From Spirulina sp. (GTDB lineage Bacteria > Cyanobacteriota > Cyanobacteriia > Phormidesmidales > Phormidesmidaceae): a stretch of 64,000 bases of DNA. The stretch spans positions 100,480-164,479 of the forward strand of contig JBIPSI010000010.1 in NCBI GenBank assembly GCA_044070495.1, in the 5' to 3' direction. Both the position numbers and the translations under genes were made by a program. Positions 32,160-40,929 of the stretch are shown in pieces; position 1 is the first letter of the stretch, and each line of letters opens with the position of its first letter. The notes under the pieces are model-generated. The model was not told the DNA's origin. It saw only the letters and a list, made by a program, of their open reading frames with translations, and searched no databases.

Positions 32160-33536
32160 CTAATCCGATAACAAGCTGGGCTGAACCACGGCCCCAGTCG
32201 TCAGGGGTTGGCCACTACGGACAATATAGCGATCCCCAGGAGAAAGCCCCGCCAGGATCGTCACCTGTCCGTCGCTGCGTTCGCCAATTTGCACCGGACG
32301 AGGCATCGCCACAAAGCCATCGCCCTGGGGCTGAAGGACAAAAATTTGATTTCCGGGGCCACTGCCTTGACCACTGCCCTGACTGCTGGCTTGACCACTG
32401 GCCTGACCACCACCGGGGCCACCACCGGGACGATTTCCTGGGCCACCGCTGCCCTCGCCCACCGAGAGCGCACTTTCGGGCACCAGCACGGCATTAGCTG
32501 AGGAACCCAGCCCCGTTACCCTGGCCAAAAGGCCGCTGCCAATGCGACCACCGGGGTTGGGCAGGGTAATTTCCACGGGCACCAGGCGAGAGGTGCGGTC
32601 GGCCAGGGGCGAAATGCGGCTGACCTGCCCCCGGAAGGTTTCCCCCGGCAGGGCGTCAAGGGTCACCGTGGCAGATTGGCCGAGGCGAAAGTCGCTAAGG
32701 TTGCGGTCGGCCACGTCAATCACCACCACCACCTCGGAGAGGTCGCCTAGGGTGAGCACGGACTCCCCAGGACGCACCAAGTCCCCCGGTTCCACCACCC
32801 GCTCTAGCACCACACCGCTGAGGGGAGCGGTCAGATTCGCGAAGGACAGACGCTTTTGGGTTTCTTGAACAATGGCCTGCTGGGCCACCACCCGCTGCTG
32901 GGCCGCCGCCACGGATTGTTCGCGGGTACGCACCTGCTCCTGGGACGATTTCAGGGCTTGTTGGGCGGTGCCGAGGGTGGTTTCGGCCTGTTCGGCGGTT
33001 TGTTCGGCAATGGCTCCCTCGTTGGCCAGGGTGCGCAGGCGTTGGGCGTCGTTGCGGGCCTGCTGAAGTTCTAAGTTCGCCTGTTCAATGCGGGTACGAA
33101 TGTCCGCAAGTTCCGCCTCGGCACGGGTAACCTCAGACTGAAGCGCCGCTAATTCTGCTTCGGCCTCCCCCACGGCGGTTTGCAGCAGCGTGCCTTCAAG
33201 CGTACCCACCACCTGCCCCTGGGGCACCGCATCCCCCACATCGTAGGACAGGCTTAGCAGATTACCCTCCGCCTGGGAACGCAAGGACACCTGCCGAACG
33301 GCCTGGGTGCTGCCCGTATAGCTGCGAGCCTCAGAGGCGGCAGCTTGGGCCTGGGCCACATCCACCACAATCGGACCAGCCTCTTCCTCTGATTGCTGGG
33401 GTTGGGCCAGGGCCGTGGGTTCCTGCCAACTGCGGCAGCCACTCCCCAACAAGGCCAAGGCCACGATCAACAGCCCCCCCAACCATTGGGGATACCGTTG
33501 ACGCACCCCTCGATCTTTCTGCCAATCGTTATCCAT
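32160..33536 (-). CDS. RND efflux membrane-fusion (periplasmic adaptor) protein
   Basis: Lipobox-like GSGC, coiled-coil hairpin, APLSGVV, ISPLAD; directly upstream of the permease. Confidence 0.94.
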   Translation of the reverse strand: MDNDWQKDRGVRQRYPQWLGGLLIVALALLGSGCRSWQEPTALAQPQQSEEEAGPIVVDVAQAQAAASEARSYTGSTQAVRQVSLRSQAEGNLLSLSYDVGDAVPQGQVVGTLEGTLLQTAVGEAEAELAALQSEVTRAEAELADIRTRIEQANLELQQARNDAQRLRTLANEGAIAEQTAEQAETTLGTAQQALKSSQEQVRTREQSVAAAQQRVVAQQAIVQETQKRLSFANLTAPLSGVVLERVVEPGDLVRPGESVLTLGDLSEVVVVIDVADRNLSDFRLGQSATVTLDALPGETFRGQVSRISPLADRTSRLVPVEITLPNPGGRIGSGLLARVTGLGSSANAVLVPESALSVGEGSGGPGNRPGGGPGGGQASGQASSQGSGQGSGPGNQIFVLQPQGDGFVAMPRPVQIGERSDGQVTILAGLSPGDRYIVRSGQPLTTGAVVQPSLLSD

Positions 33537-33726
33537 AGCTGCACGTTTCCTTCAGCCCAACTGCGTCGTACCATGTCATTCCTGTGCCCCTTCCGCTGAT
33601 CCATGATCTGAGCAGCAAGCGGCACCCAGGGCCAATCTGGGGACTGGCTTTACTTTAGTTTAAGTTTTATAAAAAAATCTCTATCCCTCAGTAGAGGTCT
33701 AGAGACAGAGGGGGTCTAGCAACAAA

Positions 33727-34086
33727 CTAGCCCTTAGAGATGATCTCCACGGGCTTTTCCCAGCCAATCAACACAATGCAGCCCTCTGGGCTAGCCACGC
33801 GATGGCTACTCCCTGGCGGGTTAATGGTGAGGGTACCAGCAGAATAGCGACCTCGATCATCCTCCTGGGCACCCCACAGTACCAAGATGTGCTCAAAGCC
33901 TGGATGATGATGGCGCGGCACCGAAGCCCCTGGTTGATAGCGCAGCAAGGCAAGTTGGGCCGGGGTATCCTTGCCTTGGCAGAGCGGATGAATCTCGACC
34001 CCAGGGCGAAAGGGTTGCCAGGGGATGCGGTCTGGGTGATTGCCAATATTGAACAGATCGGTGAGGGTGGTGTGGTCAGGCAACAT
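33727..34086 (-). CDS. ChrR-like cupin domain protein
   Basis: RYQPGASVPRHHHPGFEHILVL...NPPGSSH. Confidence 0.85.
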   Translation of the reverse strand: MLPDHTTLTDLFNIGNHPDRIPWQPFRPGVEIHPLCQGKDTPAQLALLRYQPGASVPRHHHPGFEHILVLWGAQEDDRGRYSAGTLTINPPGSSHRVASPEGCIVLIGWEKPVEIISKG

Positions 34087-34183
34087 AGTACTTCCTACGA
34101 GTTCCTAAGCATCGGGCTGATCTCGGCTCGGCTTTAGGCGTTCCTGGGCGAAGAACGGTTTCGTCGATTATGGACTAGATACA

Positions 34184-34235
34184 GCTAAGGCCCGGTATCC
34201 CTCCCTGCAAAAGGAAGAAAATACCGGGCCTTAGC
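34184..34235. terminator. 15-bp perfect inverted repeat downstream of the DUF4090 gene
   Basis: GCTAAGGCCCGGTAT / ATACCGGGCCTTAGC; no strong U-tract. Confidence 0.5.
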
Positions 34236-34397
34236 GGCAGATCAATCCGGCCAAGGATAGCCATCCAGCTTGAGGGCAAATCCACCTTAAGAACACCCGA
34301 CGCCCTAACTCAACCGGGGCAAGCCACAGGGCAGGGCTGAGGTCTCCTTGCCCGACCAAACCAAGGAAATCCATCAAACTTTCGTGGGAGGATCAAC

Positions 34398-34679
34398 CTA
34401 AGCGTTGCCGTAGAAGTAGGCTACTTCCTTGGGTTTGAGGGGCGCGAAGTCGGCATCGAGCAGCATTTGGTTGAGGTCGTCCTGGGAGTAGTGCTTGGCC
34501 CCAATGCGAACAATACGAGACCGCATGGAGTTGATCACGCCACTGCGTTGACGCTGGGCTTCCTTGGCCATCACGGTGTTGTAAAGATCTAGCTTGGCGG
34601 CGGGGATGGGGCTGCCATCGAGATCGATGCCCTGGGCAATGGCAGCATCAACGGCATCAGCTCCGGTGGTTTGAGACAT
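34398..34679 (-). CDS. DUF4090-family small protein (Ssr1528-like)
   Basis: TTGADAVDAAIAQGIDLDGSPIP...RQRSGV...MRSRIVRIGAKH. Confidence 0.85.
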   Translation of the reverse strand: MSQTTGADAVDAAIAQGIDLDGSPIPAAKLDLYNTVMAKEAQRQRSGVINSMRSRIVRIGAKHYSQDDLNQMLLDADFAPLKPKEVAYFYGNA

Positions 34680-34908
34680 AACAGAGACTTCCTACAAAAA
34701 CATGACCGTGTGGTGTCTAGACCGTAAGCATTCGGCTGAAACGACAGCGCCTGCGGTGCTTCCAGATCCTACCAAACCCTGGGACGCCTACCGCTGGTAA
34801 GCCATCTATGGATGGAATAGGCGTTTACGGGGGGCGCTTCCGGCATCGCAAAGCTGCCTAGGCGGCAACGGCTCAGGCTACACTAGGGGCGCACCGAGAT
34901 CAGGTTTT

Positions 34909-35787
34909 GTGGCCATGTCTAGCCATCCCACCCCCCGGCAGATTCTAGTGGCGCTGCTGCCCTACCTTAAAACCGCAGGGGCCTATGCCCAGCAGATTCA
35001 GGCCCAAATTCAGGCCCAGCCCGACAAAGCGGATAAGGGAGACAACTTCTTTGCCTCCGCCCTCAGCGACGCCGATCTCTCCATCCAAACCATGATGGAG
35101 GTGGTGCTGCTGGGGCTGTTTCCCCAGGTGCGGTTCTTTGGAGAAGAACACGAGCAAACCTACAACACCAAGTATTTTCGGGCCATTGACCTGGGAGAAG
35201 CGGGGGATTATCTGATCACCCTCGACCCCATTGATGGCACTCAGTTTTATCTCGATGGCCATTCCAACTACCAAATCATCCTCGGCATCCTCAACGCCGA
35301 CGAGTATGAGGCGGCCATCGCCATCACCCCTGGCCAAGGCTGCTACTACTACGCCCTGCGGGGCCAAGGCACCTTCAAGGGGCAACTCACTGACAATCTA
35401 GACGACTGCCAGCCGATCACCGTGGACAATCCCAAGCCCGCCCTTTGTTTGGGATGGCAAATGGGCGACCTAGTGCCCTACCTGCCTGAGACCTATCGGG
35501 TCTTTCACACCAAGGCCGACTATTCCAAAACCCACCCGATCCCCAACTTCAACGGGGTGCTCAGCGGCGACTTGGCGGGGGCCGTCCTGGCTAGGGGGCA
35601 GTTCATCGATGGGGCCGCCATTGCCTTCATGGCGCAGGAAATGGGCCACATCGTCACCACCTTTACCGGCGATCCACCGCCGCCCCTCCACACCTGCGAC
35701 CCCTACCAACGACCCGGTATGGTGATTGCCGCCAATTCAGACCTCCACGCCGATCTTCTGACCGCCCTGGCCAAAATTACGCCCTAA
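34909..35787 (+). CDS. Inositol monophosphatase family protein
   Basis: FGEE and LDPIDGT motifs. Confidence 0.88.
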   Translation: MAMSSHPTPRQILVALLPYLKTAGAYAQQIQAQIQAQPDKADKGDNFFASALSDADLSIQTMMEVVLLGLFPQVRFFGEEHEQTYNTKYFRAIDLGEAGDYLITLDPIDGTQFYLDGHSNYQIILGILNADEYEAAIAITPGQGCYYYALRGQGTFKGQLTDNLDDCQPITVDNPKPALCLGWQMGDLVPYLPETYRVFHTKADYSKTHPIPNFNGVLSGDLAGAVLARGQFIDGAAIAFMAQEMGHIVTTFTGDPPPPLHTCDPYQRPGMVIAANSDLHADLLTALAKITP

Positions 35788-35790
35788 CCC

Positions 35791-35940
35791 TACAGCGGTT
35801 CTCGGTAGCGTGAGGTACCCCCTGACTGGGTTTTAGATCCCCCCAGCATCTCGCTGTCTAAGTTTCACGCTATACCCCCCTTGATATGGGGGGCTGGGGG
35901 TATCGCCACAGCGGATTTCACTTGAGTGCAATCCGCTATA
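35791..35940. mobile_element. MITE-like element of about 150 bp, copy 1
   Basis: Ends TACAGCGGTT...AATCCGCTATA; colinear homologue at 53262-53412. Confidence 0.7.
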
Positions 35941-35994
35941 AATTCCGCCATAAATCACGTACGCAAAGAAGTCACGCCTCAACCTGCCGCTGCC

Positions 35995-36690
35995 CTAACC
36001 CATCCGCACCTTGGGGCAGGGGCGGGGTTCCGATGGGGCAAGGGTGCAGCGTTGAACCAGGCAGGGCTGTTGGTAGGCGGCCTCGGTTTCCAGGGGTGGC
36101 GGGGCTTGGCCAAACACCATCTCGCAGCTAAAGTCTTCAAAATTGGGCGTCATGGTGAGGGGAATGCCAAAATCCTCCGTAAAGAAGCGCTGGGTGGGCT
36201 GTTTGCACATATTGACGCACATGCCCACGCACTGGCTTTCCTCTAAGTAGCGACATTTTTTGATATGGACGCCGCTGCGCTGCTGTCGCTGCGTACCGTC
36301 CGCCGCTGTCACCTCCACCTCGGTGACTTCGCAGGGGCCAACCAGCCATTCAAATAATTGGGTGGCAAACCAGGCATTTAACTCACACACCAGGCGGGTG
36401 GGGGAAAACAGGGTGCGAATCAGCCACAGCACCGGGGCCGGAACCAAGGAACGCAGCACCACCGCCACGAGAGCCTGCTGTTGCTGGGCATTGCGCCCCT
36501 GCATAATTTGCTGGGAAAGGGCCACAAAGCCGTCGTAGCCCCGGCCCGGATGGCTCTGGCCCAGGGCGTTGGCCATTTTGCGGCTAAAAAGCCAGATAAA
36601 GAGACGATCTACTCGGCTATCGTGGTAAACCGTTTTTTCTGCCTTGGCCGCATCGGTGGGGCCGAGGCTGGGGGTAGAAGACGATGGCAT
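35995..36690 (-). CDS. DUF4033 / beta-carotene isomerase D27-like protein
   Basis: [47 protein letters not shown]. Confidence 0.9.
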   Translation of the reverse strand: MPSSSTPSLGPTDAAKAEKTVYHDSRVDRLFIWLFSRKMANALGQSHPGRGYDGFVALSQQIMQGRNAQQQQALVAVVLRSLVPAPVLWLIRTLFSPTRLVCELNAWFATQLFEWLVGPCEVTEVEVTAADGTQRQQRSGVHIKKCRYLEESQCVGMCVNMCKQPTQRFFTEDFGIPLTMTPNFEDFSCEMVFGQAPPPLETEAAYQQPCLVQRCTLAPSEPRPCPKVRMG

Positions 36691-36720
36691 GGCAGAACAT
36701 CAGGCAACTTCTCTAGGGTA

Positions 36721-36888
36721 ATGGCTGATGCCCCTAAGTTGCCCCTTGACCACGCCTCTAGCGAAATCCACGAAAGCTCAATCCGCTACCTGCGCCTAAA
36801 GCTAGAGGCCGAGGGCGAACCCCACCTGATTCAAACCGTACGCGGCATCGGCTACGTCCTGCGAGAGTCTTCTCTTTGCATTTGCTAG
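36721..36888 (+). pseudogene. C-terminal remnant of an OmpR-family response regulator
   Basis: [29 protein letters not shown] is the winged-helix end; no receiver domain upstream. Confidence 0.7.
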
Positions 36889-37520
36889 GGCTGGGCCATC
36901 GCCACGACGACGACCTCCGACCCCAGGATGGCAACCATGGCCCTGCGTCATGTCATGTTTACGTCATCGCCGGATATCCGTAGAGAGCAGCGCTCCTATC
37001 AGAATTGAAGCGCAAGAACTGGGCCAACCGTCCATGACGGCTCAAAAGCCCTGGTTTCAAGGGCTTTTTGAGAGTCTGAGCAATTTGGGCAGAGTCGTTA
37101 CAAAAATTTATTTTCCAGGTATTGACATAACTAAATGTGGATACCCTGTTTTATTAAATCAAAGATCGAAATACCTGAAAGCCTTGCTTGATAAGCGTTC
37201 TGGGTGATTGATAAGCAGATTTTTACAATCCTATCGAAAAAGCGGTTTTCAAAAGTTTATTAAGTTTCCTATACTGTGGGTGGGCGCAAAGATAGGTATT
37301 TATCTCTATCCATCGAGCAGTCCGGTTTGATTATCTGGTCGTCTCCTAACCGATTTCGACCCCTCACGCTGAAGTCCTCCGACCTGATCCGCTAGGGTAG
37401 GCCGCCGCGAACAGCACCACCAGTAGAGTTTGGCCCTGTGTTAAGCAGTGTTAACCAAGCCCTCAAGACCGGAATCCCGAGTGCGCTGGCTGTTTTGTAC
37501 TCACCTTCACGAGAATTGTC

Positions 37521-39131
37521 ATGCTGACCGAGCAATTTCCGTGGCTAACCACCCTAGTTATCCTGCCGCTTCTAGCGATTCTTCCCATTCCCTTCCTGCC
37601 CGACCGCAATGGCCAAACCATTCGCTGGTATGCACTGGGCATCGGCTTTATTGAATTTTCCTTAATCCTCTACACCTTCGCTAATTTTTACGACCTCAAC
37701 CAGTCTGGGTTGCAGTTGGTCGAAAGCTACAACTGGGTGCCCCAAGTGGGCATCACCTGGAGCCTGGGGGCCGACGGCTTGGCCATGCCCCTAGTGGTGC
37801 TGAGCGGGTTAGTCACCACCCTGGCGATTCTGGCCTCCTGGAACATCACCAATCGCCCTCGCCTCTACTTCAGCCTGCTGCTGGTGATGTATAGCGCCCA
37901 AGTCGGCGTTTTCCTGGCCCAGGATTTGGTCATGTTCTTCCTGATGTGGGAACTGGAACTGGTTCCGGTCTACCTGCTGATCTCCATCTGGGGCGGTGCT
38001 AAGCGCCTCTATGCCGCCACTAAGTTCATCCTTTACACGGCGATTGGCTCCATCTTCATCCTGGTGGCCGCTCTGGCCATGGCCTTCTACGGCGATACCG
38101 TCACCTTCAACCTAACGGAACTGGCCCAGAAAGATTACTCGCTCACCTTCCAATTGTTGATGTACGCAGCCTTCCTGGTGGCCTTTGCCGTCAAACTGCC
38201 CATCTTCCCCCTTCACACCTGGCTGCCCGATGCCCACAGTGAAGCCCCCGCCGCTGTATCGATGATTCTGGCGGGCGTGCTGCTGAAGATGGCGGGCTAC
38301 GGCCTGATCCGCATGAACATCGAGATGCTGCCCGATGCCCATGTGTACTTCGCGCCCATCCTGGTCATCCTCGGTGTCATTAACGTCATCTACGCCTCCC
38401 TCACCGCCTTTGGCCAAGACAACCTGAAGCGCCGCATGGCCTACTCTTCTGTGGCTCACATGGGCTTCGTGCTGATTGGCTGTGCTTCCTTCACCACCCT
38501 GGGCATGAGCGGCGCAATGCTGCAAATGATTTCCCACGGCCTGATTGCGGCGGTGATGTTCTTCCTCTCCGGCGTCACCTACGAGCGCACCCACACCCTG
38601 GATATGGATGTGATGGGCGGCATGGCCCGCAAGATGCCCACCACCTTCGCCTTCTTTACGGCAGCCTCCATGGCGTCCCTGGCCCTCCCCGGTATGAGCG
38701 GTTTTGTCAGCGAAATCGCCGTCTTCCTGGGCTTGGCCACCAGCGACGTCTATAGCACCACCTTCAAGACCGTAATCATCATCGCCGCCGCCGTCGGTGT
38801 GGTGCTCTCCCCCATCTATCTGCTCTCCATGCTGCGCCGCATCTTCTACGGCGATACCGGGTCGGTGGTCGCCAAGGTGCCCAACATCATCGACATTCGT
38901 CCCCGCGAAGCCTTCGTTGCGGCCTGCCTGCTGGTGCCCATCATCGGTATCGGCCTCTACCCCAAGGTGGCCACCCAGGTCTACGACGTGAAGACGGTGG
39001 AAGTGGCCAGCCAAATCCAGAACACTCTACTGGTGGCTGAGCAACCGGGTAACCTCTACGCCCATGTCTTCACGCTCCCCAGCGCCACCGTGGCCGAAGC
39101 TCCTGCGCTAGTCACCAGCCAAATCGACTAG
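37521..39131 (+). CDS. ndhD: NAD(P)H-quinone oxidoreductase subunit 4 (NdhD1/D2 type; standalone, probably D2)
   Basis: [47 protein letters not shown]. Confidence 0.96.
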   Translation: MLTEQFPWLTTLVILPLLAILPIPFLPDRNGQTIRWYALGIGFIEFSLILYTFANFYDLNQSGLQLVESYNWVPQVGITWSLGADGLAMPLVVLSGLVTTLAILASWNITNRPRLYFSLLLVMYSAQVGVFLAQDLVMFFLMWELELVPVYLLISIWGGAKRLYAATKFILYTAIGSIFILVAALAMAFYGDTVTFNLTELAQKDYSLTFQLLMYAAFLVAFAVKLPIFPLHTWLPDAHSEAPAAVSMILAGVLLKMAGYGLIRMNIEMLPDAHVYFAPILVILGVINVIYASLTAFGQDNLKRRMAYSSVAHMGFVLIGCASFTTLGMSGAMLQMISHGLIAAVMFFLSGVTYERTHTLDMDVMGGMARKMPTTFAFFTAASMASLALPGMSGFVSEIAVFLGLATSDVYSTTFKTVIIIAAAVGVVLSPIYLLSMLRRIFYGDTGSVVAKVPNIIDIRPREAFVAACLLVPIIGIGLYPKVATQVYDVKTVEVASQIQNTLLVAEQPGNLYAHVFTLPSATVAEAPALVTSQID

Positions 39132-39190
39132 GTTCGGCCCCCTGAGTTAAACCTCAAATCTGTTTCAAATCATCACTCAAATCAGCAGAC

Positions 39191-39221
39191 ACACCTAGGC
39201 AAGTTGCCTAGGTGTTTTTTT
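39191..39221 (+). terminator. Intrinsic terminator of ndhD
   Basis: ACACCTAGGCAA-G-TTGCCTAGGTGT followed by a T run. Confidence 0.85.
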
Positions 39222-39368
39222 CAACCTTGCCAATTTTTAGACTGTCCGAGGGGAATCCTTAGATCTAGGTAACCCCTGCCACCATGACGCTAGGGCCTCA
39301 AACCCGTCGCCCTAGGTCAGGCTGTTGCCCCACCAGGCTCTTACGTTGTTTTGATTCACCCTCGAACT

Positions 39369-39524
39369 ATGGCTAAGTCTCACCGCTGTCCCCATTGTCA
39401 AAGCTCGCACCTACTGCGGATTGGCGTCTCCGGTATCCGCCAATGTTCCCAATGCAAAGCCTATGTAGACTTACGCTCTACGGGCTGGCTGAAGCGCTTG
39501 ATAAGCAAAAAACGAGCGGCCTAA
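39369..39524 (+). CDS. 51-aa zinc-ribbon microprotein
   Basis: Manual translation MAKSHRCPHCQSSHLLRIGVSGIRQCSQCKAYVDLRSTGWLKRLISKKRAA*; below the ORF-track cutoff. Confidence 0.65.
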   Translation: MAKSHRCPHCQSSHLLRIGVSGIRQCSQCKAYVDLRSTGWLKRLISKKRAA

Positions 39525-39540
39525 ACCGTTGAGTTCGCCC

Positions 39541-39607
39541 ATAACCCCGGTTTCTCAGTTGAAACGACAGTCCAGTCGTTGGGCGGCGACAGGGAAACCG
39601 GGGTTAT
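39541..39607. repeat. 14-bp perfect inverted repeat between convergent genes
   Basis: ATAACCCCGGTTTC / GAAACCGGGGTTAT. Confidence 0.7.
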
Positions 39608-39620
39608 GAGGGGCTATACC

Positions 39621-39929
39621 CTAGGGTGACGGATAGCGGCGGACTTGGTACTCTCTGGCGTCAATGAGGCGATAGGGAATCCCTAGGGTCGCTTGAAACT
39701 TGGCGCTAATCTGATCTAAGTCAGCCTGGGGAATGGCTTTCCATTGCTCACGAGTTTGCCAACGAATGACGGCAATCACCTGATCCGCGAGATCGGGGGA
39801 AATCCAAACTTCCTTGGAAACAAAGCCAGGATAGTCGCTCAGGGCCGTTGTCCAGATTTCATGATCCAGTCGAATAAAGGTTTCCCGATGCTCCGGTGCC
39901 ACCGCAAAGGTCAGCCATTCAATCACCAT
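39621..39929 (-). CDS. Cyanobacterial ABM-like protein (TIGR03792-like)
   Basis: MVIEWL...DHEIWT..L..YPGF..KEVW...IRWQTREQWKAIP. Confidence 0.85.
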   Translation of the reverse strand: MVIEWLTFAVAPEHRETFIRLDHEIWTTALSDYPGFVSKEVWISPDLADQVIAVIRWQTREQWKAIPQADLDQISAKFQATLGIPYRLIDAREYQVRRYPSP

Positions 39930-40128
39930 ACTTCTACTCCCCGATACCCTCACCATTGATGGCCCAAGGGCCTGCTGATTGCTCCTTACAGTCTAGAGGC
40001 ATTCCCCATCGCGATCTACCGATTAGGTAGGGGGAAGGTCTCCTGAGCCTCTGACGGATCTGGGATCTGGCAAGGTTGGTCAGGCAACCAGCCGCTTGCC
40101 ACCCGGAGGGAGATGACCAGACCCTTGA

Positions 40129-40776
40129 TTACCAGGCCCTTGGTTCAAAGGTGGCGTCGTTAAGAAGTTGCATGGTTTCTCCAGACTGGGCTAGCACGAA
40201 TAACCCTTGACGATAGGCGTAGCGGTCGGCCCCTTGGTCGAAGGCAATTCCAGCCACGGCTCCATAGAGTTGTCGTTCGGCATGTTCTGGAAAGAACTGA
40301 TGGAACCGCTGCAAATCCTCCACAAATTCTTTGATGTCATCAACGCTGGGGCTGCTTTTGACTTCCACCGCTAGAACGTGATTTTGGTTCTGAACCAGCA
40401 CATCAATTTCCATGGTGTCGCCGTCTCGGATCACCTGCACCCGCTGGCTCACGCGATGGACAGGAATACCCCGATCTAAAAACAAGGTTTTGCAGGCTGG
40501 GGCCACCATATTTTCCACAAAAAGCCCCCACTTACCGCCCAAAGCTCCGAGTTGCTGGTTTAACTGACGGCTTGACTCAGCCATATCCCGGCGCGTTTCC
40601 GCGATCACCTGATCCAGGGCCTGTCTTGACTCCTGAAGCTTACGATCCGACTTCTGGAACCTGCGGTCAGTCTCCTGGAACTTTTGGTCGGTCTCCTGGA
40701 ACCTACGTTCGGTCTCTTTTTGTGCCTCTGCCAACTCAGCTAGGAGTCGCCAAACATCGTCTGCGGTGGTAGCCAT
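40129..40776 (-). CDS. Coiled-coil plus PD-(D/E)XK-like protein (DUF3782-type)
   Basis: QETxRxF heptad repeats, GKWGLFVE, EIDVL...VEVKS, AYRQGLFV. Confidence 0.8.
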   Translation of the reverse strand: MATTADDVWRLLAELAEAQKETERRFQETDQKFQETDRRFQKSDRKLQESRQALDQVIAETRRDMAESSRQLNQQLGALGGKWGLFVENMVAPACKTLFLDRGIPVHRVSQRVQVIRDGDTMEIDVLVQNQNHVLAVEVKSSPSVDDIKEFVEDLQRFHQFFPEHAERQLYGAVAGIAFDQGADRYAYRQGLFVLAQSGETMQLLNDATFEPRAW

Positions 40777-40929
40777 GGTCTTTGTGATGTCGCCCACTGT
40801 GGCTTTATTGTAGGCTTTTTGCCCTTGGAATTGGCTTAGCGGTTGACGGGGTTTTCCCGATTTGTCTTCCCCATGGATTGATCAGGATCGCTCCACTTAT
40901 CTTCCCTTTCCCGACTTGACTTTCCCGAT

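Noticed and set aside
33648..33672. Imperfect palindrome CTTTACTTTAGTTTAAG upstream of the RND operon (MerR-like operator?)
   Set aside because: No suitably spaced -35/-10 pair and no regulator gene nearby.
38112..39014. 300-aa antisense ORF over ndhD
   Set aside because: Typical antisense shadow of a gene with high GC at third positions.
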